A DNA stretch of 64,000 bases, taken from NCBI GenBank assembly GCA_037190965.1, contig JBBCKI010000070.1, positions 1 to 64,000 on the forward strand, written 5' to 3'. The DNA comes from Chthoniobacteraceae bacterium. GTDB lineage: Bacteria > Verrucomicrobiota > Verrucomicrobiia > Chthoniobacterales > Chthoniobacteraceae. The stretch's first letter is position 1. Each line of letters begins with the position of its first letter. A program made the translations under genes and the position numbers. Shown here in pieces: positions 48,915 through 57,386 of the stretch. The notes under the pieces were generated by a model. That model saw nothing but the letters and a program-made list of their open reading frames with translations. It made no database searches and was not told the origin of the DNA.

Positions 48915-49574
48915 CTAGGCTTTCTTGGATCTAAAAAGCTTTTTGATCCACGCCGAAAACCGGTGCCGTCGCTGTTCCCTCGCCACCACGCCCTCATCGA
49001 GCACCCAGTTGAACTGGATCACCCGGCGTGGCCCGGCGAACGGCTTATGCCCATGCCAGGAATTCCCGCTCCGGCGAAATGCCAGCAACGTTCCTTCAAG
49101 AGGCGGTACTTCGGCGGCGAAATCTTCAAGATCGGTGCCCGAGCGCAACACGCGCAGTTGCCCCCCCGACTCCTCCCAGGAGTTGTTCATATAAATCAAC
49201 ACCGTGATGATCTTGGTCGCGGAGTCGGTGTGAATGCGCCCGTCCTTCTGGCTGCATTGCCCGCGCACCGTTGTCATGGTGGGCCGCCCTTCGAGCGATA
49301 TCTCGAATTTTTCCTCAAACGCTTTGCGGAAAGGCTCGCTGTTGAGTTCCTCGATCAACTTTGCGAACGCCGGCCCATAGCGCACTTCGCTCAAGGGGAA
49401 ACTCCCCGAGCGGCTTACCGCCGGGTAGTCCGCGTTGACACTCTCCCGGGCAAATTCCAGGATAAACCCCGGAACAACGAGGTAATCATAAGGGTCGTGC
49501 GTAAGAGGTGTCTCCCGGAAGCGTTCCAGGTCGAGGGTGGAAAGAAGGGGTGGGGTGCTAACCTTGGCTACCAT
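48915..49574 (-). CDS. 2OG-Fe(II) oxygenase
   Basis: HTD...SWHGH...RRVIQFNW facial-triad pattern; start moved to MVAKVST. Confidence 0.85.
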   Translation of the reverse strand: MVAKVSTPPLLSTLDLERFRETPLTHDPYDYLVVPGFILEFARESVNADYPAVSRSGSFPLSEVRYGPAFAKLIEELNSEPFRKAFEEKFEISLEGRPTMTTVRGQCSQKDGRIHTDSATKIITVLIYMNNSWEESGGQLRVLRSGTDLEDFAAEVPPLEGTLLAFRRSGNSWHGHKPFAGPRRVIQFNWVLDEGVVAREQRRHRFSAWIKKLFRSKKA

Positions 49575-49718
49575 GCCCCGGGATGATGGTCGCGATCCCC
49601 CGGCACAACAACCTGATGGCAGGCTGGCAGTTTCCCTGATAGACCCGTAGCGCATTCTTGTTGCGCCGAAAGAGCGAACCCGTAAGATGCACGCGCACCC
49701 CCCGCTGGTTCTTCCGTG

Positions 49719-50120
49719 ATGTCCCCTCATTCGAAGCTTATCCCCGATGACTCGCCTCTTGCGAACCTCGATGGCTTTTTTGCCGCGCTTGGCGAGCTCC
49801 CGGTGCTGAACCCCGAGCAAATGGGGATCCTGCGCGAAGAGGAGTTATTGGAGTCATTGACGGTGTTGTTTCTGGAGATGGCCGGGACCACCATCGACGC
49901 CATGGTAGCCGCGTTGGAAGCGGGGGACATCAGGGGGCTCTCCTCCAAGGCGCATTTGCTCAAGGGGAGCGCGGTGAATTTCGGCGCAGACCGACTGGTT
50001 GCGGTCTGCCAGGAAGTCGAGCAATCAGCAGCGCGGCTGAAAGAGCCGACGCTGCAAAAATTGCTCGACGCTGTTCAAGCCGAATATCAACTTGTCAGGC
50101 AGGCTCTCACCGCCGCCTGA
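49719..50120 (+). CDS. Hpt (histidine phosphotransfer) domain protein
   Basis: AHLLKGSAVNFGADRL motif. Confidence 0.88.
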   Translation: MSPHSKLIPDDSPLANLDGFFAALGELPVLNPEQMGILREEELLESLTVLFLEMAGTTIDAMVAALEAGDIRGLSSKAHLLKGSAVNFGADRLVAVCQEVEQSAARLKEPTLQKLLDAVQAEYQLVRQALTAA

Positions 50121-50151
50121 ACCATCGATCTTTGCTGGGGATATTGCGGAC

Positions 50152-50703
50152 ATGAAAATTATTGTTGCTGAAGATGACCCAGTTTCACGCGAGAGACTGA
50201 AGAGCACTCTTTCAAAGCTAGGGCATGAAGTGCAGGCATTCCCCAACGGTGGCGAAGCGTGGGAAGCCTACCAGAGCGGCAAGGCGCGGCTGATCATCAG
50301 CGACTGGATGATGCCCGAGATGGACGGTCTCGATCTCTGCCGCGCCATCCGCAAGACCAGTGGGATGGATTACGTTTACTTCATCCTCGTCACCGCGCTG
50401 CGCACCGGCGGCAACGATTACGACCGCGCGGTTCAGGCCGGGGTGGACGACTTCCTGGTCAAACCACTCGATGCCGACTCCATCTGGCGACGTCTCTTCG
50501 TGGCGGAACGGATTCTCAACTACACCGTGACGATCAAGCAACTCAAGGACTTGATCCCGATCTGCATGTACTGCAAGAAGATCCGCAACGACAGCGACTA
50601 CTGGCAGAGTATCGAGAATTACTTCCACGAACACACCGGCAGCGACTTCAGCCACGGCATCTGCCCGGATTGTTACGACCAGTTTTCGGCGGAATCCAAC
50701 TAG
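50152..50703 (+). CDS. response regulator (REC plus Cys-rich C-terminal domain)
   Basis: IIVAEDD, SDWMMPEMDG and DDFLVKP; tail PICMYCKKIR...FSHGICPDC. Confidence 0.9.
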   Translation: MKIIVAEDDPVSRERLKSTLSKLGHEVQAFPNGGEAWEAYQSGKARLIISDWMMPEMDGLDLCRAIRKTSGMDYVYFILVTALRTGGNDYDRAVQAGVDDFLVKPLDADSIWRRLFVAERILNYTVTIKQLKDLIPICMYCKKIRNDSDYWQSIENYFHEHTGSDFSHGICPDCYDQFSAESN

Positions 50704-50816
50704 GCTTCCGCCTTGCCCTGAACGAAAAATCCGGCGCTCCATGCGCAATTTTCCTTGTTACAAGGTACTGGGCGTGTTTCACAAATTAAGCGCTCTCACA
50801 CCTATTCCCGATCCCG

Positions 50817-52805
50817 ATGTGGCAACCTCTCAAAGATTTATCGCTCGGTATCGGTCTGATCGTCGCGGCCGCTTCCGCCCTACTGCTTTCAGATTTGTCC
50901 TCGCGGAAGAAAACGAGCCATCCCGCCAGCGGCCTAATTCCGGTGGCATTGATGCAGTTTGCCTCCAATCCGGTCTTCGATGAAACCTCGCAGGGGATCA
51001 TCGACGGGCTGGCCGCCGGCGGTTTTCGCGACGGCGAAGCCATCCGCCTCCAACGCTTCAATGCCGAAGGAGACATCCCGACAACCAACCTGATTGCCAG
51101 CCGCATCAGCGACGGCTCATTCAAGCTCGTTGCCACCTCGGCCACCGTCTGCCTCCAGGCGGTGGCGAACGCCAACCGGAGCGGCGGGGCCGCACACGTC
51201 TTCTGCGCAGTAAGCGATCCGATCGCCGCAGGGGTCGGCATCAAGGCGCTCGGTTCACCCGACAAACCGGCTCACCTCACCGGCATCGGCTCCGCGCAGC
51301 CGGTGGAAGAGATTTTCCGGATTGCCAAAAAGGTAAACCCGGAGCTGAAGGTGGTCGGCGTCGTCTGGAATCCCTCCGAGGCGAACTCCGAGGTCTGCAC
51401 CCGGCGCGCGCGGGCGATTTCCAAAGAGTTGGGCATCGAACTGATCGAAGCCCCCATCGAAGGAACGCGCGATGTGCGCGAGGCCGCCCAGGCCCTGGCC
51501 CACCGCGGAGCGCAAGCCTACTGGGCGGGCGGCGACGCCACGGTGATGAGCGCCATCGACACGCTGATCGCCGTGGCTCGCCAGAATCACGTGCCCGTGT
51601 TCTCGAATATTGGCGGCCATACCAAGCGGGGCGCGCTTTTCGATCTTGGAGCAAATTATTACCAAGTAGGATACAAGGCGGGCGGGATCGCCGCCGAAGT
51701 GCTCGCGGGCAAGCCTGCCACCGGGATCACGGTGGAAGATTACATGCCGATGGAACTCGGCTTTAACCTTCAGGCGCTCGCCGGATTGCGGGATCCGTGG
51801 CAGCCCCCGGCCGAAGTCCTCAAGCAGGCCGTCACGGTCATCGCCGCCGACGGCACCGTGTCCAAAAAAGAAGGAGCAAGCCTCCCCTCCCCTGCCTCCC
51901 GGAAGAAACCGTTCAAAATCGCCGCCATCGCTTATTCCGACAACGTTCCCACCGAGGAAAGCATGGAAGGGTTCCGACGCGGGCTGAAGGAGGCCGGCTT
52001 TAAGGAAGGTGAAGATTGTGTCGTCAACTTCCGGTGCGCACAGGGCGATATGTCCTTGCTCCCCTCCTTGTTTGCGGCGGCGGATCTCGACAAGCCCGAT
52101 CTTTATCTGACCCTCTCCACCCCGACTTTGCAGACCGCCGTCAAACGGGTGAAAACCACCCCGGTCGTCTTCACGCTGGTGGCCGATGCCATCACGGCGG
52201 GTGCAGGGAAGAGCGACGAAGATCACCTCCCCAATGTCACCGGCATCTACATCATGAGCCGCTGCGCCGATATGGCGGAACTCCTCAAGACGTACTACCC
52301 CCAGTGGAAGCGGATTGGATCGCTGGTCGCTTCGGCAGAGGACAACTCGGTACAGGCGAACAAGCTTTTTGCCGAGGAGCTTGCCAAGCGGGGGATCACG
52401 CTCGTCAACGTATCGGTCAACCAATCCGGCGAGATGACCGAAGCTGCCACGGCCCTTTGCCGAAAAGAGATCGACGCGGTGGTACAAGTCCCGTGCAATC
52501 TTGTCTCCAGCGGGTTCGTCGCCGTCACCGAAGCCTGCCGCCGCTCGCGGATGCCGCTCTTCGGGTTCATTCAGGACGCCGCCCGCAAGGGAGCCGCGTT
52601 GGTGCTCTCGCGGGATTATGCCGACTCGGCGGAGGATGCGGCAAAGATCGCCGTCCGCATTCTGCGCGATGGCGAAGACCCGGCAAAGATTCCGCTGGCC
52701 GCACCCCACAAGACCGTCCTGATGATCAACGCCTCCGCCGCCCGCACCATGGGCATTGTCATCCCGCCGGATTTGTTGCAGAAAGCCGACGTCGTCCTCC
52801 CATAG
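50817..52805 (+). CDS. ABC transporter substrate-binding protein with two tandem binding domains
   Basis: Two similar halves (NAEGD/CAQGD, VFCAVSDP/VFTLVADA, HLTG/NVTG, NYYQVG/DYADSA). Confidence 0.85.
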   Translation: MWQPLKDLSLGIGLIVAAASALLLSDLSSRKKTSHPASGLIPVALMQFASNPVFDETSQGIIDGLAAGGFRDGEAIRLQRFNAEGDIPTTNLIASRISDGSFKLVATSATVCLQAVANANRSGGAAHVFCAVSDPIAAGVGIKALGSPDKPAHLTGIGSAQPVEEIFRIAKKVNPELKVVGVVWNPSEANSEVCTRRARAISKELGIELIEAPIEGTRDVREAAQALAHRGAQAYWAGGDATVMSAIDTLIAVARQNHVPVFSNIGGHTKRGALFDLGANYYQVGYKAGGIAAEVLAGKPATGITVEDYMPMELGFNLQALAGLRDPWQPPAEVLKQAVTVIAADGTVSKKEGASLPSPASRKKPFKIAAIAYSDNVPTEESMEGFRRGLKEAGFKEGEDCVVNFRCAQGDMSLLPSLFAAADLDKPDLYLTLSTPTLQTAVKRVKTTPVVFTLVADAITAGAGKSDEDHLPNVTGIYIMSRCADMAELLKTYYPQWKRIGSLVASAEDNSVQANKLFAEELAKRGITLVNVSVNQSGEMTEAATALCRKEIDAVVQVPCNLVSSGFVAVTEACRRSRMPLFGFIQDAARKGAALVLSRDYADSAEDAAKIAVRILRDGEDPAKIPLAAPHKTVLMINASAARTMGIVIPPDLLQKADVVLP

Positions 52806-52822
52806 CATTTCAAGACTCTCCA

Positions 52823-54034
52823 ATGGAAATCACGCGCCACCCCGACGGAGAAGCCCTCCTCCTCAAACTGCAAGGCCGGCTCGACGGAGCCTGGAGCGAG
52901 CATACCGGCGCGGCCCTGACGCGCGCCATTGAGGAAGGGTGGCACCAGCTTCGCCTCGACTTGAGCGGCGTGACTTTCGTGAGCTCGGCGGGGATCCGTG
53001 TCCTGGTGATCCATTACAAACAGCTCGCCCGCATTCAAGGATTACTCACCGTGGTCAATCCCTCGCCGGAAGCGCGCGGGATCCTGGAGATGGCGGGGCT
53101 GGGGACGCTGATTACCGTTCTGGAAGAGGAAGCGGTCCGGGATGAATCGATCCCCTCGGATGAGGGCCCGCTCCTGATCGAACGCGACGGCTTGCGGTGC
53201 GAAGTCCATACGCTCAATTCGCGCGGCATCCTTTGCGCCCGTGTGCTCGGCAAAGGAGCGCTCGCCCGGTTCCCGGCCCATACGCTGGGGCTGGGTCTCG
53301 GGGCGGTAGGCAATGGATGGAACGATTGCGAAGGCCGGTTCGGCGAATTCCTCGCCCTCGGCGGAGCCGCCCTCACCCAACCCGCCGACGGAAAGCAAAG
53401 CACCGACTTCGTGCTCGAACAGGGTGCGCTGGTCCCGGAAATCACGGCGATTTCCGGCCTTGCCGCCGAGGGAAACTACGCTTCGCTGGTTCGCTTCGAC
53501 GCCACGGGCGTGCAGCACGAAACCCAGCACCAGGCCGTGCCGCTCTCCACCCTTGTGGAGATCGCGCTGGAACTGGCGGGCAACCGGCCTGTCGGCTTCG
53601 CGCTGGCAGCTGAGACGGAGGCCCTGGTGGGAGCGGCGCTTTGCTCGCAGCCCGATTCGGAAGGACGCATTTCGTTCGAGTTCCCCGAAGTCCGTGACCG
53701 CCTTCTCTTCACCGCCGAGCCCGCCTGGCCGCGCAGCTTTTGCCTCGCCACCGGTTTCGCCGCGCCTTCGGGGGACACGCCGCTCGCCGCGCTCCTGCGG
53801 CCTTCGCGCCCCCCCGGAGAGGGAACCGGCCCGCAGGTGCATGTCCACGCAGCCGCGTTTGCCTATCGGCCCTTGACCAAGGGGCTCCTCGATCTCAACG
53901 CCACCGTCCGGCAATTGCTGGAAGAGGAACGGGCTCTGGGGCTCCTGCATCTCCTCAACGACTGGAGACCCGGAGGCCTTGGCGAAAGCCGCTTCTTCCG
54001 AGGCGCGCTCTGGATGGCCCCACTCGAAATCTGA
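52823..54034 (+). CDS. STAS (anti-sigma factor antagonist) domain protein fused to an uncharacterised domain
   Basis: LQGRLDG and LDLSGVTFVSSAGIRVL STAS motif; about 290-aa C-terminal region with HVHAAAF; start moved to MEITRHPD. Confidence 0.8.
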   Translation: MEITRHPDGEALLLKLQGRLDGAWSEHTGAALTRAIEEGWHQLRLDLSGVTFVSSAGIRVLVIHYKQLARIQGLLTVVNPSPEARGILEMAGLGTLITVLEEEAVRDESIPSDEGPLLIERDGLRCEVHTLNSRGILCARVLGKGALARFPAHTLGLGLGAVGNGWNDCEGRFGEFLALGGAALTQPADGKQSTDFVLEQGALVPEITAISGLAAEGNYASLVRFDATGVQHETQHQAVPLSTLVEIALELAGNRPVGFALAAETEALVGAALCSQPDSEGRISFEFPEVRDRLLFTAEPAWPRSFCLATGFAAPSGDTPLAALLRPSRPPGEGTGPQVHVHAAAFAYRPLTKGLLDLNATVRQLLEEERALGLLHLLNDWRPGGLGESRFFRGALWMAPLEI

Positions 54035-54053
54035 CGCCGATATTACTCAAGCC

Positions 54054-55001
54054 ATGACCCTGCTCATCGGTTCCCTTTGCCTCGGATTCATCCTCGCGCT
54101 TCTCGCGCTGGGCATCTTCATCTCGTTCCGTCTTTTCGGCATCCCCGATATTACGGTGGACGGTTCAATCACCCTCGGCGGCGCGGTGACCGCCGTCTTG
54201 CTGATCCAAGGATTCGACCCGTTTACCGCGACCCTCGCGGGAGGTCTGGCGGGATTCGTGGCGGGAGGGGTGACCGGCATCCTACAGACCCGCTGCGGCA
54301 TTAACCCGCTGCTGGCGGGCATCCTCGTCATGACCGGTCTCTATTCGGTCAACCTCCACGTCATGGGGCGCAGCAACATTCCGCTCCTTGGGGCGAAGAC
54401 CTTCGGCGATCATTGCCACGCGCTGGGTCTCCTGCTTTTTGGCCGGGAGGAGTTTGAGCTGGCGGGATGGCTGGTGGAATCCCGCGAAGTCGCGACATTG
54501 GTCGCCCTAGGGGTGGTCACAACGTTGACGGGGCTGCTCCTCTACCTCTTTTTCCGCACCAGCGTCGGCACGGCCATGAGAGCCAGCGGCGACAATGAGC
54601 AGATGACCCGCGCCATGGGGGTTAACGTGGAGAACTACCGGATCATCGGCCTCGCGCTTTCCAACGGGCTCGTCGGGCTCTCGGGTGCGTTCCTCGCCCA
54701 ATACCAGGGGTTCGCGGACGCGCAGATGGGCATCGGCATGGTTGTCGTCGGGCTGGCAAGCGTCATCATCGGCGAAGCGCTGACCGGCTCGCGGGGCCTG
54801 GGGCTGGCACTGGCGGGAACCGTTATCGGCTCCATCCTCTTCCGCGAGCTGATCGCCATTGCACTGCGTTGGGGACTGAATCCGAACGATCTCAAGCTCG
54901 TCACCGCCGGGTTCGTCTTTGCAGCACTTGTGCTCCCCGGGGTGCTTCGCCACGTTGCCCGCCGCAAAGTCCAGGCCCAACCCCGCACCGCCCCCCTCTA
55001 A
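54054..55001 (+). CDS. ABC transporter permease
   Basis: PDITVDGS, LLAGILVMTGLYSVNL, GTAMRASGDN and GLASVIIGE motifs. Confidence 0.9.
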   Translation: MTLLIGSLCLGFILALLALGIFISFRLFGIPDITVDGSITLGGAVTAVLLIQGFDPFTATLAGGLAGFVAGGVTGILQTRCGINPLLAGILVMTGLYSVNLHVMGRSNIPLLGAKTFGDHCHALGLLLFGREEFELAGWLVESREVATLVALGVVTTLTGLLLYLFFRTSVGTAMRASGDNEQMTRAMGVNVENYRIIGLALSNGLVGLSGAFLAQYQGFADAQMGIGMVVVGLASVIIGEALTGSRGLGLALAGTVIGSILFRELIAIALRWGLNPNDLKLVTAGFVFAALVLPGVLRHVARRKVQAQPRTAPL

Positions 55002-55005
55002 CGCC

Positions 55006-55818
55006 ATGCTGAAGCTGCAAGCCCTCCGCAAAACCTTCAACCCCGGCACGGTCAACGAAGTCCGCGCCCTGCGCGGGGTGACGCTGGAGATCGCCCCGGG
55101 CTCCTTCGTCATCGTGCTGGGCGGCAACGGCTCGGGGAAGTCGACCCTGCTCAACGCCGTCGCCGGATCGTTCCAGGTGGACGAAGGGAAAATCGAACTG
55201 GCCGGGCGCGACGTGACCCGCTGGCCCGAACATCGGCGGGCGAAGCACATTGGCCGCGTGTTCCAGAACCCGTTCAGCGGCACCGCTCCGGGAATGTCGA
55301 TCCTGGAGAATTTCGCGCTCGCCGCCTCGCGCGGCAAGTTTCGCGGATTCGGCTGGGCGCTCGGCAAATCGCTTCGCTCGGAACTGCGCGCGCGGGTGGC
55401 GGAATTGAAGATGGGGCTCGAAGACCGACTCGACAACGCCATCGGCAGCCTCTCGGGCGGACAACGCCAGGCGCTCACGCTCCTCATGGCGACGTGGATC
55501 AAGCCCGACCTGCTGTTGCTCGACGAGCACACCGCCGCGCTCGACCCGAAGAGTGCGGACCAAGTCATCCAACTCACCCAGGCCGTGGTCTCCCGCGATA
55601 ACCTGACCACGCTGATGGTCACCCACGCCATGTCCCAGGCGGTGCAACTCGGCGACCGCATTGTAATGATGCACCAGGGGAACGTCCTCCATGACTTTAC
55701 CGGCGCGGATAAGAAGCGCCTGGCCATCGTCGATCTGCTCCAGCGCTTCGACGATGTCCGCCGCCGCGAACTGCTCGACGCCTCCGCCGCGCGGCTCCTG
55801 AGCGAGCAGTATGTGTAA
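55006..55818 (+). CDS. ABC transporter ATP-binding protein
   Basis: KTFNPGTVNE, GGNGSGKST, LSGGQRQAL, LLDEHTAALDP and VTH motifs. Confidence 0.93.
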   Translation: MLKLQALRKTFNPGTVNEVRALRGVTLEIAPGSFVIVLGGNGSGKSTLLNAVAGSFQVDEGKIELAGRDVTRWPEHRRAKHIGRVFQNPFSGTAPGMSILENFALAASRGKFRGFGWALGKSLRSELRARVAELKMGLEDRLDNAIGSLSGGQRQALTLLMATWIKPDLLLLDEHTAALDPKSADQVIQLTQAVVSRDNLTTLMVTHAMSQAVQLGDRIVMMHQGNVLHDFTGADKKRLAIVDLLQRFDDVRRRELLDASAARLLSEQYV

Positions 55819-55853
55819 AGGATGGACGGTCGCGCCGGTGACCGCCGCTTTTA

Positions 55854-57245
55854 TTACCGCTCCGCTTTTTGAACCGGCGGGATTTTCCATGATCCGTCGA
55901 GCACGGCTTCCTTCGGCCAGTAAAGCCGCATCATCAGGTTGAAGGGACCCGCGGGCGCGGGAAGCCAGTTTGATTCCTTTTCCTTGCCTGGCGATTCATG
56001 CTGGATGAGGAGGTCGACCGAGCCATCGTCGTTGGCTTTTAGCGAATTGCGCGGGCTCAGGGAATACCGATTGAGCGGGTTGGGCACGAAAAAGAAATCG
56101 CTGTTGTACATCGTCAGCGACCAGAAACCGTTGACCGGAGGCATCTGGCCTTTTGGAAACCTCAGAAGGTAACGGTTTCTTCCATCCAGCGGTTTGCCTG
56201 CGTCGTCCACGTCCGCCTGGGGGTAGACGGCGTCCTGCGGAAGATTAGCCCCCAGCCCGACCAAGGTGACAAAGGCCCTCTGAAGATAGTCGGTGCCGTA
56301 AACCCCCGTTTTAAGACTATACCGCCAGCCGTTGACCTCAGTGCCCGCCTTCTTGGCGTGGTCGCGGATTTTCTCCAGCGCCGCTTTGGGGACGTCTTGG
56401 AGCGCCTCAACGACGGCTGGGTCGAGCTTCGCAGGGGCGAACGCCTCTCCGGGCACAACGCCGATCCTCGCCATTTGGGCGACCATCGGAGCATCGGCGG
56501 GCAGGGGCGGGTTCTCCTTCAATAGCTCCGCAAAGAGCGCGAAGAAATCCTCGGCTTTAAGCGCGTTCACCTGTTCCCTGACGGGCGTTTTCATGTCGAT
56601 GGCCGGATCCACTTTGCCGGGCGGCGGCGTGTGCGGCTTTCCATAGGCGCTCAACGGCACGAGCGAACATTGCTCCTGCAAGGCATGAACCTCCGCGTAA
56701 TCCTCCGGGGTGCCCGTGGAATAAATCCGGCCCAAAACCCAGGCGATGCGGCTGGGACAGCGGACTTCGTGAATTCCTTCCGGCAAGGTGCCGCGCCATC
56801 CCGGCCCAACGATGGCGATCCTTTGGGCATCGGTGCCCGTCGTGCGTTTGCCCGGGTCGGCAAAAACCGACGTCCACGCGTCGAGCATCGGCATGAGAAA
56901 ATATCGCCCCTTCATATCGGGGAGACTCAGAACGTACGGCTCCTTCGCCAGGTCCAGCCACGCCGTTGAATAGAGCGTATCCGCATTGGGGGCGGTTACA
57001 TCACGGAAGGAGGCATCCGGATAGGTGCGCGCGTGATAGAATTGACCCATCGGGGCATGCTGGTTCTCCGGGGCAGCGGTGTTGGTCATTACCCGGCGCG
57101 TCATCTCCATCGTTACCAACGGGTAACCGTAGATGTACGTTTCGACGCCGATCTCCCTCGCCTCCCCCTCGCTGAGCGGCTCCGCGCCGCCTCCCCGGGG
57201 CGATGCCGCCAGAACCAGAGCCGCCATAACCGTGAAAAGTTTCAT
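55854..57245 (-). CDS. DUF1254/DUF1214 domain protein (exported)
   Basis: Signal peptide; YIYGYPLV, PNADTLYS, DLAKEP, FWSLTMY, NWLPAP and MRLYWP motifs. Confidence 0.9.
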   Translation of the reverse strand: MKLFTVMAALVLAASPRGGGAEPLSEGEAREIGVETYIYGYPLVTMEMTRRVMTNTAAPENQHAPMGQFYHARTYPDASFRDVTAPNADTLYSTAWLDLAKEPYVLSLPDMKGRYFLMPMLDAWTSVFADPGKRTTGTDAQRIAIVGPGWRGTLPEGIHEVRCPSRIAWVLGRIYSTGTPEDYAEVHALQEQCSLVPLSAYGKPHTPPPGKVDPAIDMKTPVREQVNALKAEDFFALFAELLKENPPLPADAPMVAQMARIGVVPGEAFAPAKLDPAVVEALQDVPKAALEKIRDHAKKAGTEVNGWRYSLKTGVYGTDYLQRAFVTLVGLGANLPQDAVYPQADVDDAGKPLDGRNRYLLRFPKGQMPPVNGFWSLTMYNSDFFFVPNPLNRYSLSPRNSLKANDDGSVDLLIQHESPGKEKESNWLPAPAGPFNLMMRLYWPKEAVLDGSWKIPPVQKAER

Positions 57246-57386
57246 AGGTGTTCCTGATTCGCTTTCCCAATAAGCGTCGGTTTGCTTTTTCCCGCCAGAG
57301 CGCCAGAAGAAGCCTTCAACGGCGCGATCGAGATCGCTCCCGGAAACGAAGGCCGAGCGCGGCGCTTCTCACATTCTACCGGAGAC

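Noticed and set aside
52016..52822. N-terminal extension of the STAS ORF in the ORF track
   Set aside because: Overlaps the SBP gene in another frame; the STAS domain starts at ATG 52823.
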